A stretch of 64,000 nt of DNA from an uncultured Gammaproteobacteria bacterium (GTDB lineage: Bacteria > Patescibacteriota > Patescibacteriia > Patescibacteriales > UBA12075), in NCBI GenBank assembly GCA_964459725.1, contig CAYWNT010000001.1, positions 27,529 through 91,528 of the forward strand, in the 5' to 3' direction. The notes beneath the pieces were generated by a model. The model ran no database searches. It was not told the origin of the DNA and saw only the letters and a program-made list of their open reading frames with translations. The position numbers and the translations under genes were made by a program. Positions 34,001 to 42,376 of this stretch are shown here, in pieces. Numbering within the stretch: position 1 is the stretch's first letter; each line of letters begins with the position of its first letter.

Positions 34001-36115
34001 TATGTAGAAATTATTCCATCAACTTACAATATTAAAGTAGCAGGAATGCTGTTTGACTTTGAGAATATTAATGCTACTAGAATTAGAGATGCTTATAAAG
34101 GTACTTACTATTTAGACCTTAAACTTAAGGACAATTTCCCAGACGAGCTTCGAGGTAGAACTTTTGACATAGGCGTAAAGATTAATTCTGAATATTTTGA
34201 TAAATATCCAGGACATAATAGTCCCGTTGCTCATGATTATGAGTTAGAAATTCCTGATATTAGATTTGGGGTACCTTTCGGAGATGACATGGGTTGGCTT
34301 GCTGGCAGGGTGCATAGAGTTAGTGGACATTCTAAAAATATAAGTATTACAGATGAAATGCCAGAAGGCATAGAGCCAATTGCTATAAAAAGAATCAATG
34401 CTTGGAGTGTAAAGAAGTTTAGAGAAGTGGCCAATGATCCAGTAGCCAAACAAAGAGACATGGATAATTTGTTTAATAAGGCCTGGTATGGAGAAGAAAT
34501 TAATTTTTCTAGTGATAAATTGGAGAATGGAAGCACTGAAATTGAAATTGATTTTAAGAGAAATGATATGAGAGAGTTCCCATTGCCACCTAGTAAGTAT
34601 GGACGCAGCGAAGACGCGAAAATTTACTTCCTTGTAAAATCAAAAGCCAAACAATTAGAATTTGGAGAAAGTATAGTGAATAAGAATTTAGAATTAGACT
34701 ATATTGATACAAATGGGTATAGCAAAACATCAGAAATGAGTAAGCCGAGCTATAGAAAGGTGAAAGCATCAGGCGCTGACCTGGTGGCAACTTATAAAGC
34801 TGAGATTATTGGTGGATCCACAGGAGATACCTTGAGCGCTCAAAAGTTATTTAGAGTTGGAGCAAATTTTGTGAGAGCAGACGTAGAAATATATAACAAT
34901 GGTTCAGCAATTGCATACAAGCCCGTGGTAAAAGTATTTGTTCCAAGAGATGTAAACATAGTTCAAAAAGGAAATATTAAAATACTTAAAGAAAACGGAA
35001 AAAATATTGCAGAAATTTCATTAAACAGAGATATGCCACCAGGAGACAAAACATCTGTAGAATTGATTTTAGAAGTAGGAGCAGAGGATGATCAGTCTGA
35101 TCTTTTAAGTCTTTTGATCAACACTGCTAATGCGGTGAGTGACAAAGTGACAGTGATAGAAAAAGTAGAAACAGAGTTTGATCTGACAAGCACCAGAAAT
35201 GAAAATAGGGTAACTCAGGTAACTGCAGGAAGTTTTGACATGGAATATGCTGATAATGTTTTTTCTAGTTCTGATATTTCAATTGGTGTCACAGAAGTAG
35301 AAGGAGACTCTTATAAAGTAAAATTAACCGGGAACAATATTTCTAATCCATTTTATAAATTGTTTATTAGAAACAATGACTCCGAAGACTTTATTTCACT
35401 CCAGAGTGACTATTCAAGTTCTGGAGAGTACGCTATTGATTTAATAAAAGGGGAGACTCAAATATTTGGAGCCTTGTATGAAAAGAGGAGTGTGCTAAAT
35501 GAAAGTGGAGAAGAAAATGAAGAGTACGTGAAGCTAGCAGAATCATCAGTTTACATGGCTAGTGAAAAAATATTTGGTGGAAGTGGGTTAACAACAGTTC
35601 ATAAATCATTTCTAGCTTCTAGTATCTCAACTAACGATATAATAGATGATGCGACCATGGTTGAAGTGGTAACTGAAGCTGAAAAAGAAGAAATAAAGAC
35701 AAGCGAAGAAGCAATAGAGATAAGTGAGGGGGAAATTCATGAAGATAGTGAAAATGAAATATTGGAAATAAGTATTTGTGGAAGAACAGATGAAGAGGGA
35801 AGGTTAGTGAAAGCTACAAAAATATATTATGTGTCAGAGGGACGAGCAGTTTTTGTTCCAAATTTGAATGAGCTACAAAAATATGCTGGAAAACAAATTT
35901 TTGATGTAAGCCATGAAACTGTTCGGGAGTATTATGATGAAACAAGCGAAAAGAGTTATCCTGACGGAACATTGATTAGAGGATCATGGATATACTTTAT
36001 TAATAGTGATAAGATGGTGTATTTAAGAAGCATGAAAGACCTCCAAGAATATTCAGGAATACCGATATGCAATATAAACAACCAAGAACTGAGAAATTAT
36101 CAAGATAATTACTAA
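28010..36115 (+). CDS. Giant secreted multi-domain surface protein (~2,700 aa)
   Basis: The start is moved to ATG 28010, behind SD aaggggga. The signal peptide ends in ...VISMFPAPIFA. Its recognisable parts are:
- a GATase1-like segment, FNILILPD...AIRDFAAAGGTVFSTGKS
- a TSP3-like segment, DNDMDGLPNYME...DTDGDEYLDGEE
- an acidic Ser/Thr/Glu-rich linker (about 32080-32460)
- CARDB/Ig-like segments near the C-terminus
- two C-terminal ~45-aa repeats
No LPXTG motif or TM anchor was found. Confidence 0.8.
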   Translation: MYNINFIPKPKKKVDFSKVLPLMVIFSMVISMFPAPIFADLNTGIDSGNKIDFSTIIGLGKHQYKNGNYSKLQDAYRYIFNNIYTDGSKLLAYPEKFSASESGASINYDQGAVFNLDENDDLSDPRQKNKFEYFVSSTTAELGRAKALYDGNIAILDLEKHVNGELKNLTFESSSYCHILHTYIGKHEQCFSGMRDYEEYLDDEKFAEKEETSIVYFHVDDAKNGKLMNGNNPLFNILILPDLIFGQEDKVLESLGVEGQKAIRDFAAAGGTVFSTGKSSYLLEKIGLLADGTVDKGTVVRSNFNKINLNWNGKDDYESKLLKMGNFENVFDETFLNPENKVLKVMADHYVRTGAIEDNENKYNETIEILRGFNHRSQMYFLTNYFVNSENDGELNEVASYNLTIGNNLTFQNEDSLSSIERPADKMTAIAWKKYDKGKVVVINGNPASGHEKYYPYIFNSVFLSGAKSIIADLKVAQKTNPDLDDDIIPAYEKEVGLLGSFKVNNFFNKPIENIKIGVNIYKGFEIGQSDSLSNCEVRTLDDNDLYNQRLECVYDTIEAFEEVYFDFPVVMTDPYVTRKRKDIEAADGEMIYTRDGLWQETVSGGISYLQARNSSEIRGEYNPDPSSFYPLKGEGDYIDNVLSAQNRAHTDALDVEHIAVVPLISPVVDGNDQASLAYTLEFYNEYYQNKKTENSYVFPFEQYGEVRDYDYLDYKELGCSDVVLSPDWDTPVKVELMNRSEADLPVSTSCEDGSLSNIVGRNYAYSINNNNLATLQRFFPDAGDTYTNATQRQLVFLDTTKEKGARDYYEGSIPEEIRNGKTAKKKLVFARNDVYFYDNDNYPLPLGVEDNDIYISVDKMDECGDPEKGIVNPGYFDHEKEGGIKPNEYENELRCEHGKKKIHANVVEDYTNGKVELSHYLFPITDSDNINEVHDLADFNTSSNEHKDYSEVEFVKAHTNIFTLNPRTTPLGGKFVFTLPSDVNFNSDDPVGEGLINFSADHVAFREIEYNAETGEVIAKFIRGKMPNERYGKPDIMQVNFEDLDTDRDFDLKVELKSLEYDIGNGENMEIYKNAEFTDNMQMQKKPFLRMPSLILKFRLNRGENEDESYFKRYENMEPFIRYGVYIQELLKHRTVYGFAENHPVRDPGLVLRSGGFSTFSNIGASSIPFKEYLQTGIRQSVPASAVTSRIDYKDIWNRQWTMPARTVLPDVPPIPPPLRNFMINTTFEMRDMETGERHLEWASDREVEVLHKLKTVNNYPKYFDCTACEGNELLVREDKEVKVRKKYYVDISEESLYPNPNSYPLARNMPDNDMDGLPNYMEANIGSDENSEDTDGDEYLDGEEFVNGYNVTGEGEASTSTSSSAGASTTMEEIVEEEEEAQGLNGDNEEDPSTTSTGSLQEGGQAPSASSPSTGSLQDGGQVGQEVQEGESGNSTEEESNKEDSTEEQEESSDSESETPQTQEVEVETIEQVESSSDEASNFAISSDGVDHPENLYLKSGNTANYGMCYQSKGDLVDGDVLTDSERNKILDVELCESDDECSELADIPSLSKRPRGESGNWNHSEAVEDYYPENYINESMWSLTHYDYADNAFEKGYVYHMDNLLPNLDNINNRKILRPHNIIAQPMYKGLGYAMNYDRNYTSKFYDVEGNKITGWQSDNLQNKDDTLLGGQLEANEISVDKDNQMKNRFVEITNLENGGEKVDRALGNIYACLFNRWRAKVDPNDTKFVYPDNVYKNNVIPIIPELNKNDAKLTSYNCGSEYYTPENIHEIDNIKETYSKDWLYFGMGLRGGAKETINIVSKLDPIEGVAYEGATKINTGARFTYWNPANGPNSFIVTDNDVNIVEAKRSNIVVKKEIIPVEVPTFNADIYHLISVEDAKEHWRWFRDSPYTKHFGFGDASTGVIVGNNKKLKNNGSIINPGQETVVKIELLNNSGYDWNLIKSQNGKPAIEALELPAEAINANDYLYKLKHAIKKPIKFNFIDLDIPAEIKDYVEIIPSTYNIKVAGMLFDFENINATRIRDAYKGTYYLDLKLKDNFPDELRGRTFDIGVKINSEYFDKYPGHNSPVAHDYELEIPDIRFGVPFGDDMGWLAGRVHRVSGHSKNISITDEMPEGIEPIAIKRINAWSVKKFREVANDPVAKQRDMDNLFNKAWYGEEINFSSDKLENGSTEIEIDFKRNDMREFPLPPSKYGRSEDAKIYFLVKSKAKQLEFGESIVNKNLELDYIDTNGYSKTSEMSKPSYRKVKASGADLVATYKAEIIGGSTGDTLSAQKLFRVGANFVRADVEIYNNGSAIAYKPVVKVFVPRDVNIVQKGNIKILKENGKNIAEISLNRDMPPGDKTSVELILEVGAEDDQSDLLSLLINTANAVSDKVTVIEKVETEFDLTSTRNENRVTQVTAGSFDMEYADNVFSSSDISIGVTEVEGDSYKVKLTGNNISNPFYKLFIRNNDSEDFISLQSDYSSSGEYAIDLIKGETQIFGALYEKRSVLNESGEENEEYVKLAESSVYMASEKIFGGSGLTTVHKSFLASSISTNDIIDDATMVEVVTEAEKEEIKTSEEAIEISEGEIHEDSENEILEISICGRTDEEGRLVKATKIYYVSEGRAVFVPNLNELQKYAGKQIFDVSHETVREYYDETSEKSYPDGTLIRGSWIYFINSDKMVYLRSMKDLQEYSGIPICNINNQELRNYQDNY
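32199..32282 (+). repeat. GC-rich direct repeat inside the giant gene (33-nt core repeated with a 51-nt period)
   Basis: cttcgacaggctccctccaggaaggcgggcagg (32199-32231) versus cttcgacaggctccctccaagacggcgggcaag (32250-32282), with 3 mismatches. It is translated as STGSLQ(E/D)GGQ and shares 10-11-mers with 22101-22113. Confidence 0.8.
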
Positions 36116-36121
36116 ACAAAA

Positions 36122-36145
36122 AACGCTCCGAAAGGAGCGTTTTTT
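36122..36145 (+). terminator. Rho-independent terminator of the giant gene
   Basis: Stem aacgctcc/ggagcgtt with loop gaaa, followed by ttttt. Confidence 0.8.
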
Positions 36146-36267
36146 AGTAAGTCAAATAACAAATATTTACTTTTTAAATTGTTGTAAAAATTGACGACCG
36201 TCAAATTCTACAACAATTGATAATTTTCGATGGATTGTCTAGGTGTTCTAATGTAGTTTGTATTAAA

Positions 36268-36317
36268 ATAGCACATTCTATAGCACATTCCATGGAATGT
36301 GCTATAGAATGTGCTAT
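36268..36317. repeat. 50-bp perfect palindrome
   Basis: ATAGCACATTCTATAGCACATTCCA|TGGAATGTGCTATAGAATGTGCTAT. Each arm contains the direct repeat ATAGCACATTC twice. It is flanked by ACGACCGTCAAA (36193-36204) and its near-inverse TTTGACCGTCGT (36319-36330). Confidence 0.9.
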
Positions 36318-36374
36318 GTTTGACCGTCGTATAGCAAGGAGGAGTAGAACAACAAGGCTTTCAAGCTTTAAGTA

Positions 36375-36383
36375 TGGTATAAT
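36375..36383 (+). promoter_or_regulatory. Extended -10 element placed for a leaderless transcript of the methyltransferase gene
   Basis: TGgTATAAT 36375-36383, 6 nt, then ATG 36390. No SD is possible. Confidence 0.5.
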
Positions 36384-36389
36384 TAATAT

Positions 36390-37730
36390 ATGAAGAAGAG
36401 ACTTCCGGATAAATTTGAAGTGACAATAGAAAAAATGCATCACAGTGGTGCTGGTGTAGGACGATATAAGAATCGTTCGATTTTTGTTTTTGGAGCAATG
36501 CCTGGAGAAGTGGTTATGGTTCGCCCTTTGCGTGTTAGTCGTGGGAAGGCAAAAGCTGAGCTTGTTAGGGTTGTTAAGTCAGACCCTGGAAGAAAAAAAG
36601 AAAAAGAAGATCATTATTTGTCATGTTCCCCATGGCAGGTTATTGACTATAAATGTCAATTGGAATTAAAAAAGCAAATAGTAAAGTCTCGTTTTGGGCA
36701 AAGTATTGGTAAACCGCCGACAGGAAGTATGGAAATCGAGGGTGGTGTTAGAGAGTGGAATTATCGAAACAAAATGGAGTTTAGTTTTGTGGAGAGCGAA
36801 AAGGGTGGGTTACAACTAGCCCTACACAAAAGAGGAAGACGATATGATTGCTATGAGCTTCATAAGTGTGAAATTGCTCATGAGAGGATAAATATCTGTG
36901 CAAAAGAGGTGGTTGACACATTGAATGCTAAAAAAGTAAAGATCGATCAGGTAAAAAATTTAGTAATGCGTTATAGCCTGTCAGAAAATAAATGTATAGC
37001 TGTGTTGTATGCCAAAGATGAGAATATAGATCTGTTTGATATTAAAATAGAGAATATGGTTGGCTGGAAAATTATTTATTCAGATCCTAGGTCACCAGCT
37101 ACAGTAATTACTAAAATTTTACACAGCCAGGGAAATGATAATTTAACTGATATAATCTTAGGAATAAAACTTGATTATCATTATAGTAACTTTTTCCAAA
37201 TTAATCCTCCAATGTTTGAAAAGTTACTTCAATATGTGATTGACAATATGGAACCTGGAGGCAAGCTCATAGACTTATACTCCGGTGTTGGCACAGTTGG
37301 CTTTGTCTTATCGAAATATTTTGACAGCATAATAAGCGTAGAGCAAGACGAGAAAGCAGTCGAAATTGCCAAGGGCAATATGAAGAAAAATAATTTAAGC
37401 AATGTTGCCTTCTATTCTGGTGCCTCAGAGAAGCAAGATTTGTCCAATATTTTATCTATGGCAGACACCCTGGTGGTAGATCCACCCAGAAGTGGACTTC
37501 ACCCAAAAGTAGTGAAAACTATAGCAAAAAATCCGCCAAAGCAATTTATATATATTTCATGTAATCCCAACACACAGGCAGAGGACACGGAGAAGCTTAA
37601 AAAGATATATAAAATAAAAAAATACAAATTATTTGATCTATACCCCCAGACTCCACATGTTGAAAGTGTGATGATTATGAGAAAAAAGAATTGGCTAGAA
37701 ATGTTTTTTCAAAAAGTTTTGTTAAAATAA
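36390..37730 (+). CDS. TRAM-domain RNA (uracil-5-)-methyltransferase, RlmD/RumA/TrmA family
   Basis: N-terminal TRAM domain (FEVTIEKMHHSGAGVGRY...AELVRV), SAM motif DLYSGVGTVGF, and DPPRSGL and YISCNP motifs. Confidence 0.85.
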   Translation: MKKRLPDKFEVTIEKMHHSGAGVGRYKNRSIFVFGAMPGEVVMVRPLRVSRGKAKAELVRVVKSDPGRKKEKEDHYLSCSPWQVIDYKCQLELKKQIVKSRFGQSIGKPPTGSMEIEGGVREWNYRNKMEFSFVESEKGGLQLALHKRGRRYDCYELHKCEIAHERINICAKEVVDTLNAKKVKIDQVKNLVMRYSLSENKCIAVLYAKDENIDLFDIKIENMVGWKIIYSDPRSPATVITKILHSQGNDNLTDIILGIKLDYHYSNFFQINPPMFEKLLQYVIDNMEPGGKLIDLYSGVGTVGFVLSKYFDSIISVEQDEKAVEIAKGNMKKNNLSNVAFYSGASEKQDLSNILSMADTLVVDPPRSGLHPKVVKTIAKNPPKQFIYISCNPNTQAEDTEKLKKIYKIKKYKLFDLYPQTPHVESVMIMRKKNWLEMFFQKVLLK

Positions 37731-37737
37731 ATAAATA

Positions 37738-37746
37738 TGTTATAAT
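37738..37746 (+). promoter_or_regulatory. Extended -10 element placed for a leaderless transcript of the first mcp
   Basis: TGtTATAAT 37738-37746, 6 nt, then ATG 37753. Confidence 0.5.
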
Positions 37747-37752
37747 ATATTT

Positions 37753-39399
37753 ATGAACAAGGAGAAAAAACAAACAATAGTTAAAATAGTAAGATTTGGG
37801 TTTTTTTTGGTTTTTGCATTCGCCTCGTCCATGGGGGGGATTTTTTTAATTGTCTTGTCTATTACCAAAATTCACATTAGTCAAACCATGGATACTATTA
37901 TTTATTCGAATGCTTATATTGAAGATATAGAGGTTGGTGCCAGTAGAATCAAAGAGGTTGAACAATACTATAAAATCGGTCATTTGGTATCTTTTAACAC
38001 AGCATCATCTGCTACGTTGAGCAATGTAGAGAGGGAGGAGTTCTATTATGCTAAGGCAGAAAATATCTTTTCTGAAATAAAGGCTGAAATTTTATCAAAC
38101 CTAAGTAATATTAAAATAATACCTAAAATAGAAGACTCAATACTTGTTTCAACCGAAGAGGTGCAAGTAAAATTGACAGAGCTGGAACAGGCTAACTTAG
38201 AGTTGATTAACGAGTATCGAATTCATGGAAGCATGATCCAGGAAAAGATTGTGAACTTCGAAAGCAAACAAGAGGAGACAGTGAATGGCATAAAGGTTCT
38301 TAATAGAAAATTAAATGAGCAATACTTTGTAAAAGCCGGCAATATTAATAATTTTTTGGTGTTACTTTTGTATTTAAACGCTGTTATGGTGGTGATGATC
38401 ATTGGAATTGGCATGCTTTTTTCAAAATATTTCTCCGGAAGCGTAAAGGGAATGCTACTTAGTCCTATTGGAGAGATTAAAAATTCCTCAAAAGATATTA
38501 TTAATTTCTTGGTTAAAAATAAAGGAATATCAGCTAGAGCTTCTGAAGTTTCTCGGGATGTTGCCCAGGGAGCAATTAGACAATCTGAGAAATCAAAGGA
38601 AATTGCCTCTCTTATATCTGGTATAGCTCAATCTACAGAAAAAATGTCAAATTCAGCTGGAGGAGCAAGTGAATCCGCAGAGCATACTGCCAAAATTGCC
38701 AAAGAAGCAGAAATAAAGAGTAAGGATTCTCAAAAGAGCCTCGAAGATATTAAGAATATTGTATTGGGCACCTTGGAAATATCGCAAAGTATGTCAGATA
38801 AATCAGAAAAAATTAATAATATAGTAGAAGTAATAACAGGTATAGCCAAACAAACAAATTTACTAGCCCTAAACGCTTCTATTGAGGCTGCCAGTGCAGG
38901 TGAGGCTGGGAGAGGTTTTGCAGTTGTGGCTGAAGAGGTTAGAAAGTTGGCAGAAGAAGCAGATAAATCAGCTGGTGAAATAAGGTTGTTGGTTGATGAT
39001 CTAGCTACTGGTATTAGAGAGACAGTGGTTTCTGCCGAATCAGGAACAGATATTGTGACAAAGAGCACTAAGGAAATAAACAAAACCATAGAGGGGCTAA
39101 AAAGTGTTTCAGATTCAGTTTCAGGTGTGACAGGAAAAGTTGAGGAAGTGTCAGATATCGCTAAGGAACAAACCAAGGCCACAAGTGATATTTCTAAAAT
39201 TTTTGACTCAATTGCTGATGTGGCTAATCAAAATTCAGAAAATGCAAACAAGCTATTAGATATAGTGGGAGAATTGAATATTTCCAATAGTCAGATGTCA
39301 AAAGTGTCATCACAGGTAAAAGGCATGTCGGAAATATTAAAGGATTTGGTCTACAAGACTAAGAAAAAGTTTACCAAAGAACAGGGGGCTGGTAGTTAA
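37753..39399 (+). CDS. mcp: Methyl-accepting chemotaxis protein (two TM helices, ~170-aa extracytoplasmic sensor)
   Basis: Signalling hairpin tip [43 protein letters not shown]. Confidence 0.9.
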   Translation: MNKEKKQTIVKIVRFGFFLVFAFASSMGGIFLIVLSITKIHISQTMDTIIYSNAYIEDIEVGASRIKEVEQYYKIGHLVSFNTASSATLSNVEREEFYYAKAENIFSEIKAEILSNLSNIKIIPKIEDSILVSTEEVQVKLTELEQANLELINEYRIHGSMIQEKIVNFESKQEETVNGIKVLNRKLNEQYFVKAGNINNFLVLLLYLNAVMVVMIIGIGMLFSKYFSGSVKGMLLSPIGEIKNSSKDIINFLVKNKGISARASEVSRDVAQGAIRQSEKSKEIASLISGIAQSTEKMSNSAGGASESAEHTAKIAKEAEIKSKDSQKSLEDIKNIVLGTLEISQSMSDKSEKINNIVEVITGIAKQTNLLALNASIEAASAGEAGRGFAVVAEEVRKLAEEADKSAGEIRLLVDDLATGIRETVVSAESGTDIVTKSTKEINKTIEGLKSVSDSVSGVTGKVEEVSDIAKEQTKATSDISKIFDSIADVANQNSENANKLLDIVGELNISNSQMSKVSSQVKGMSEILKDLVYKTKKKFTKEQGAGS

Positions 39400-39432
39400 A
39401 AGAGTATATTTTTGGCATTTTTAGCAAAAAAA

Positions 39433-39441
39433 TGTTATAAT
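39433..39441 (+). promoter_or_regulatory. Extended -10 promoter element upstream of the second mcp
   Basis: TGtTATAAT 39433-39441, about 40 nt before the ATG at 39482. Confidence 0.5.
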
Positions 39442-39481
39442 TTTTTTACAAAGAATATTTATTATTTATTTTTATATTAAT

Positions 39482-41281
39482 ATGAAATTTTTAAAAAATT
39501 CAACGATTGGAAAGCAAATTATAACAGGCTCATCCTCTGTTTTTATTATCATTATTATTTTTCTAACCTTTATTATTTTTAATTTGGGTAGTTTAAAAGA
39601 TATTAACGCAAAAAAGTTTAAATCAGTAGAAGTCATGGAAGCTGTAAACAATGCTGAAGTTCTATTTCAGAGAATGTTTGCGGTTAATACAGAGTATGCA
39701 GAAAGCATGGTAAATTATCTTCAGGCATTAGAAAATTCAGAGAATGCCTATTCGGCAAATTTAAAATTGGAAAAATCAATAATTGACGGAGAAACAACAT
39801 TTAATCAAACTTACAAAGAATTTAAAGATGCAATAGTAAGTATAGATACTGCCTCAGTTAATACTGAGATCGATGGTAAGATAAAAGAACTTGATAGTAA
39901 GGTGACCACCTTTATTGAGAAAAAGAATGCCCTGTTGGCAACCTATAGAGCAAAAGATACAAGTGGGGCAACAATAAAAATGAACGAAATTGACGAAGCT
40001 GCAAAGAGCATTAACGCTGGTTTTGCTCAGATAGGAGAGAAATTGCAATCAAAAATTAACAAAGAAAATGAAATAGTAAAAAGTAAGATTAGTAATATTT
40101 TATTATTGCTCATTTTAGTGTTGGTGCTAAGTGTATTGGTTGGAGCACTGGTTACTTATTTTATAATTAGATCAATAAATGTTAAGATTTCCAATTCAAT
40201 CGATCAAGTTTCTGTTTCAGCAAATTCCTTAGCAACAGCTGCTCAGCAAACCAGTGCCAGCTCGCAACAAATTTCATCTATTTCTCAGCAATTAGCAGCA
40301 GGAGTTACTGAGCAGTCAAAGAGGGCTGGGGAAATATCGGGAGCAATTACAGCTATGGCCGGAGCAGCCCAGCAAATGTCAGCTTCAGCCCAGCAAGCCT
40401 CTTCAACAGCGGCTAGATCATCCAAGACTGCGCAAGAGGCGGGGCAAAACAGTGAAAAATCAATGAAAAGTTTAGGCAGCATAAAGAAAATCGTATCTAA
40501 CACAGCAGAAATGAGCAGGGGCATGTTTGATAAGTCTAAAAAAATAGGAGATATTGTTGAGTCAATTACAGCCATAGCTAAACAGACGAACCTGCTTGCT
40601 TTAAACGCTAATATTGAGGCTGCTAGAGCAGGTGAAGCAGGACGAGGATTTGCAGTGGTGGCTGATGAAGTTCGTAAATTAGCAGAAGGAGCGAGTGGCG
40701 CGGCTGATCAAATAAAATCATTGGTAACAGATATGGTATCTGGCATTGAAAACACGGCAAAAGTGGCCGAGTCAGGCACCAGGACGGTAGAGGAGGGTTC
40801 AAAGGTTATTGATGAAACAATTTCCGCTTTACAGAAAATATCATCTTCTTCAATGCAGGTTACAGCAAGTATTGGAGAATTGTCAGCCGGAATTCAGCAG
40901 CAAGCAGCGTCTACTCAGCAGATTGCTATGAATATGGATTCAATCGCCTCAATTACAGAGCAAAACTCTGCAGGGGCACAGCAGTTGTCTGCTTCAACCC
41001 AGCAACAAAGCGCAGCAAATCAGCAAATTGCATCAGCAGCTCAGCAGCTACAGTCTCTGGCGGCTGGTTTTATGAGCTTGGTTAGTCGAGGTAAAAAAGA
41101 AGATAAGGAGAAAAAAGATAATTTCAAAGATGAGGGAGAAGATAGTGATGACCTAGAAAGCTCTTCTCATGAGGAAAAAGAAGGAGTAGAAAAAGAGAAC
41201 CATGAGAACACCTCTTCTCAAGCTAATTCTGAAGAGAAGAAACAAGACAAAGAAAGTGGCGATAACAAAGAGAGCAATTAG
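39482..41281 (+). CDS. mcp: Methyl-accepting chemotaxis protein with an acidic low-complexity C-terminal tail
   Basis: [43 protein letters not shown], Gln/Ser/Ala-rich coiled-coil arms, and the tail [20 protein letters not shown]... Confidence 0.9.
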   Translation: MKFLKNSTIGKQIITGSSSVFIIIIIFLTFIIFNLGSLKDINAKKFKSVEVMEAVNNAEVLFQRMFAVNTEYAESMVNYLQALENSENAYSANLKLEKSIIDGETTFNQTYKEFKDAIVSIDTASVNTEIDGKIKELDSKVTTFIEKKNALLATYRAKDTSGATIKMNEIDEAAKSINAGFAQIGEKLQSKINKENEIVKSKISNILLLLILVLVLSVLVGALVTYFIIRSINVKISNSIDQVSVSANSLATAAQQTSASSQQISSISQQLAAGVTEQSKRAGEISGAITAMAGAAQQMSASAQQASSTAARSSKTAQEAGQNSEKSMKSLGSIKKIVSNTAEMSRGMFDKSKKIGDIVESITAIAKQTNLLALNANIEAARAGEAGRGFAVVADEVRKLAEGASGAADQIKSLVTDMVSGIENTAKVAESGTRTVEEGSKVIDETISALQKISSSSMQVTASIGELSAGIQQQAASTQQIAMNMDSIASITEQNSAGAQQLSASTQQQSAANQQIASAAQQLQSLAAGFMSLVSRGKKEDKEKKDNFKDEGEDSDDLESSSHEEKEGVEKENHENTSSQANSEEKKQDKESGDNKESN

Positions 41282-41342
41282 GTAAAATAATTAATTAGTA
41301 AATTCATTCGTGTCTTTTTAAGGGTGAATTAAACAAGCACAT

Positions 41343-41924
41343 ATGTCCACACAAGATGAGCTAATAAAAAAAGTAGCAGATCAGGAGAGTAAAAAAAACG
41401 ATAAAGTTGAGGATTTTATTCAACTGGTTATTTTTGAGCTGGATAAGGAAGAGTATGCTGTGGAAATTACAGATTTGCAAGAGATTATAAATATTCCGGA
41501 AATTACACCTATTCCTAATGCTCCAAAATTTATAAACGGAATATTGAATTTACGCGGAAAAATAAGTGTTGTTGTTGATCTAGAAAAGAGATTTAACTTA
41601 GTAAGAGAGCATGAAAATCAAGATGATGGAAATGTAATAATCACCGAGGTGGATGATAATAGTTTTGGGGTTATGGTTGATAGGGTAAGCGAGATTATAT
41701 CAGTACCTAAGTCAAGTATTCAGTCAACTCCGGCATTGGTATCATCCAAGATTCATGCTGATTATTTAAAAGGGGTGGTGGTTATAGTCGATCAAGAAAA
41801 AAAGGAAAAAGAGGTGAAAAAGCAAGTTGGTTCAAGATTAATTATTCTTTTAGATTTACATAAAATGCTCCAAGAAAAAGAGCTTTTACAATTAGGAAAA
41901 TCAATAAAAGAAGTAGTTAAATAA
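41343..41924 (+). CDS. cheW: Chemotaxis coupling protein CheW
   Basis: 193 aa with FELDKEEYAVEITDLQEIINIPEITPIPNAPKFINGILNLRGK. Confidence 0.88.
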   Translation: MSTQDELIKKVADQESKKNDKVEDFIQLVIFELDKEEYAVEITDLQEIINIPEITPIPNAPKFINGILNLRGKISVVVDLEKRFNLVREHENQDDGNVIITEVDDNSFGVMVDRVSEIISVPKSSIQSTPALVSSKIHADYLKGVVVIVDQEKKEKEVKKQVGSRLIILLDLHKMLQEKELLQLGKSIKEVVK

Positions 41925-42000
41925 ATTTTATAAAATATAAATTGCTAAAATAAGTATGAGATATGTATTGCTTATTTTTGTTATTTATTAATTAAAAAAA

Positions 42001-42360
42001 ATGGATACTAGTATAAAGATTTTACTTGCTGATGATTCAGCGTTTATGAGAAAAATCTTAAAAGACATTTTGGCCGAGGCCGGCTTTTCAGATTTTGTCG
42101 AAGCTTCTAACGGAAAAGAGGCCATAGAGAAGTTCGAGGTGGAAAGCCCGAGCTTGCTACTCTTAGATGTGGTCATGCCAGAGGTAGACGGAATTGCCGT
42201 GGTAAAAGAGTTAGGCAAGAAAGCAAGTGTGTTGATGGTTAGCGCAGTCGGGCAAGAAAGTGTTATTAAAGAAGCGATGGAACATGGCGCTAAGGGGTAT
42301 ATTGTTAAGCCCTTTGAGAAAGAAAAAGTGATTGAGGAGATAAAAAAAGTTTTAGAATAA
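42001..42360 (+). CDS. cheY: Chemotaxis response regulator CheY
   Basis: 119-aa single receiver with the acidic pair LADDS, phospho-acceptor LLLLDVVMP, MVSAVG and KGYIVKPF. Confidence 0.88.
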   Translation: MDTSIKILLADDSAFMRKILKDILAEAGFSDFVEASNGKEAIEKFEVESPSLLLLDVVMPEVDGIAVVKELGKKASVLMVSAVGQESVIKEAMEHGAKGYIVKPFEKEKVIEEIKKVLE

Positions 42361-42376
42361 TTTCAGGATTTTAAAC

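Noticed and set aside
28161-34790. Numerous 60-116-aa ORFs on both strands inside the giant gene
   Set aside because: All are nested within a continuous 8.1-kb ORF that has a signal peptide, an SD and a terminator. None has independent support.
36268-36317. CRISPR array or CRISPR-like repeats (also considered for the 12-bp repeats at 61848-61905)
   Set aside because: There are no repeat-spacer alternations. The units are contiguous, too short (11-12 bp) and too few, and no cas genes are present in the window.
36201-36443. 80-aa minus-strand ORF (track) containing AHSIAHSMECAIECAIL
   Set aside because: It is produced by translating the 50-bp perfect palindrome and the promoter region of the methyltransferase gene. 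The repetitive peptide simply mirrors the DNA symmetry.
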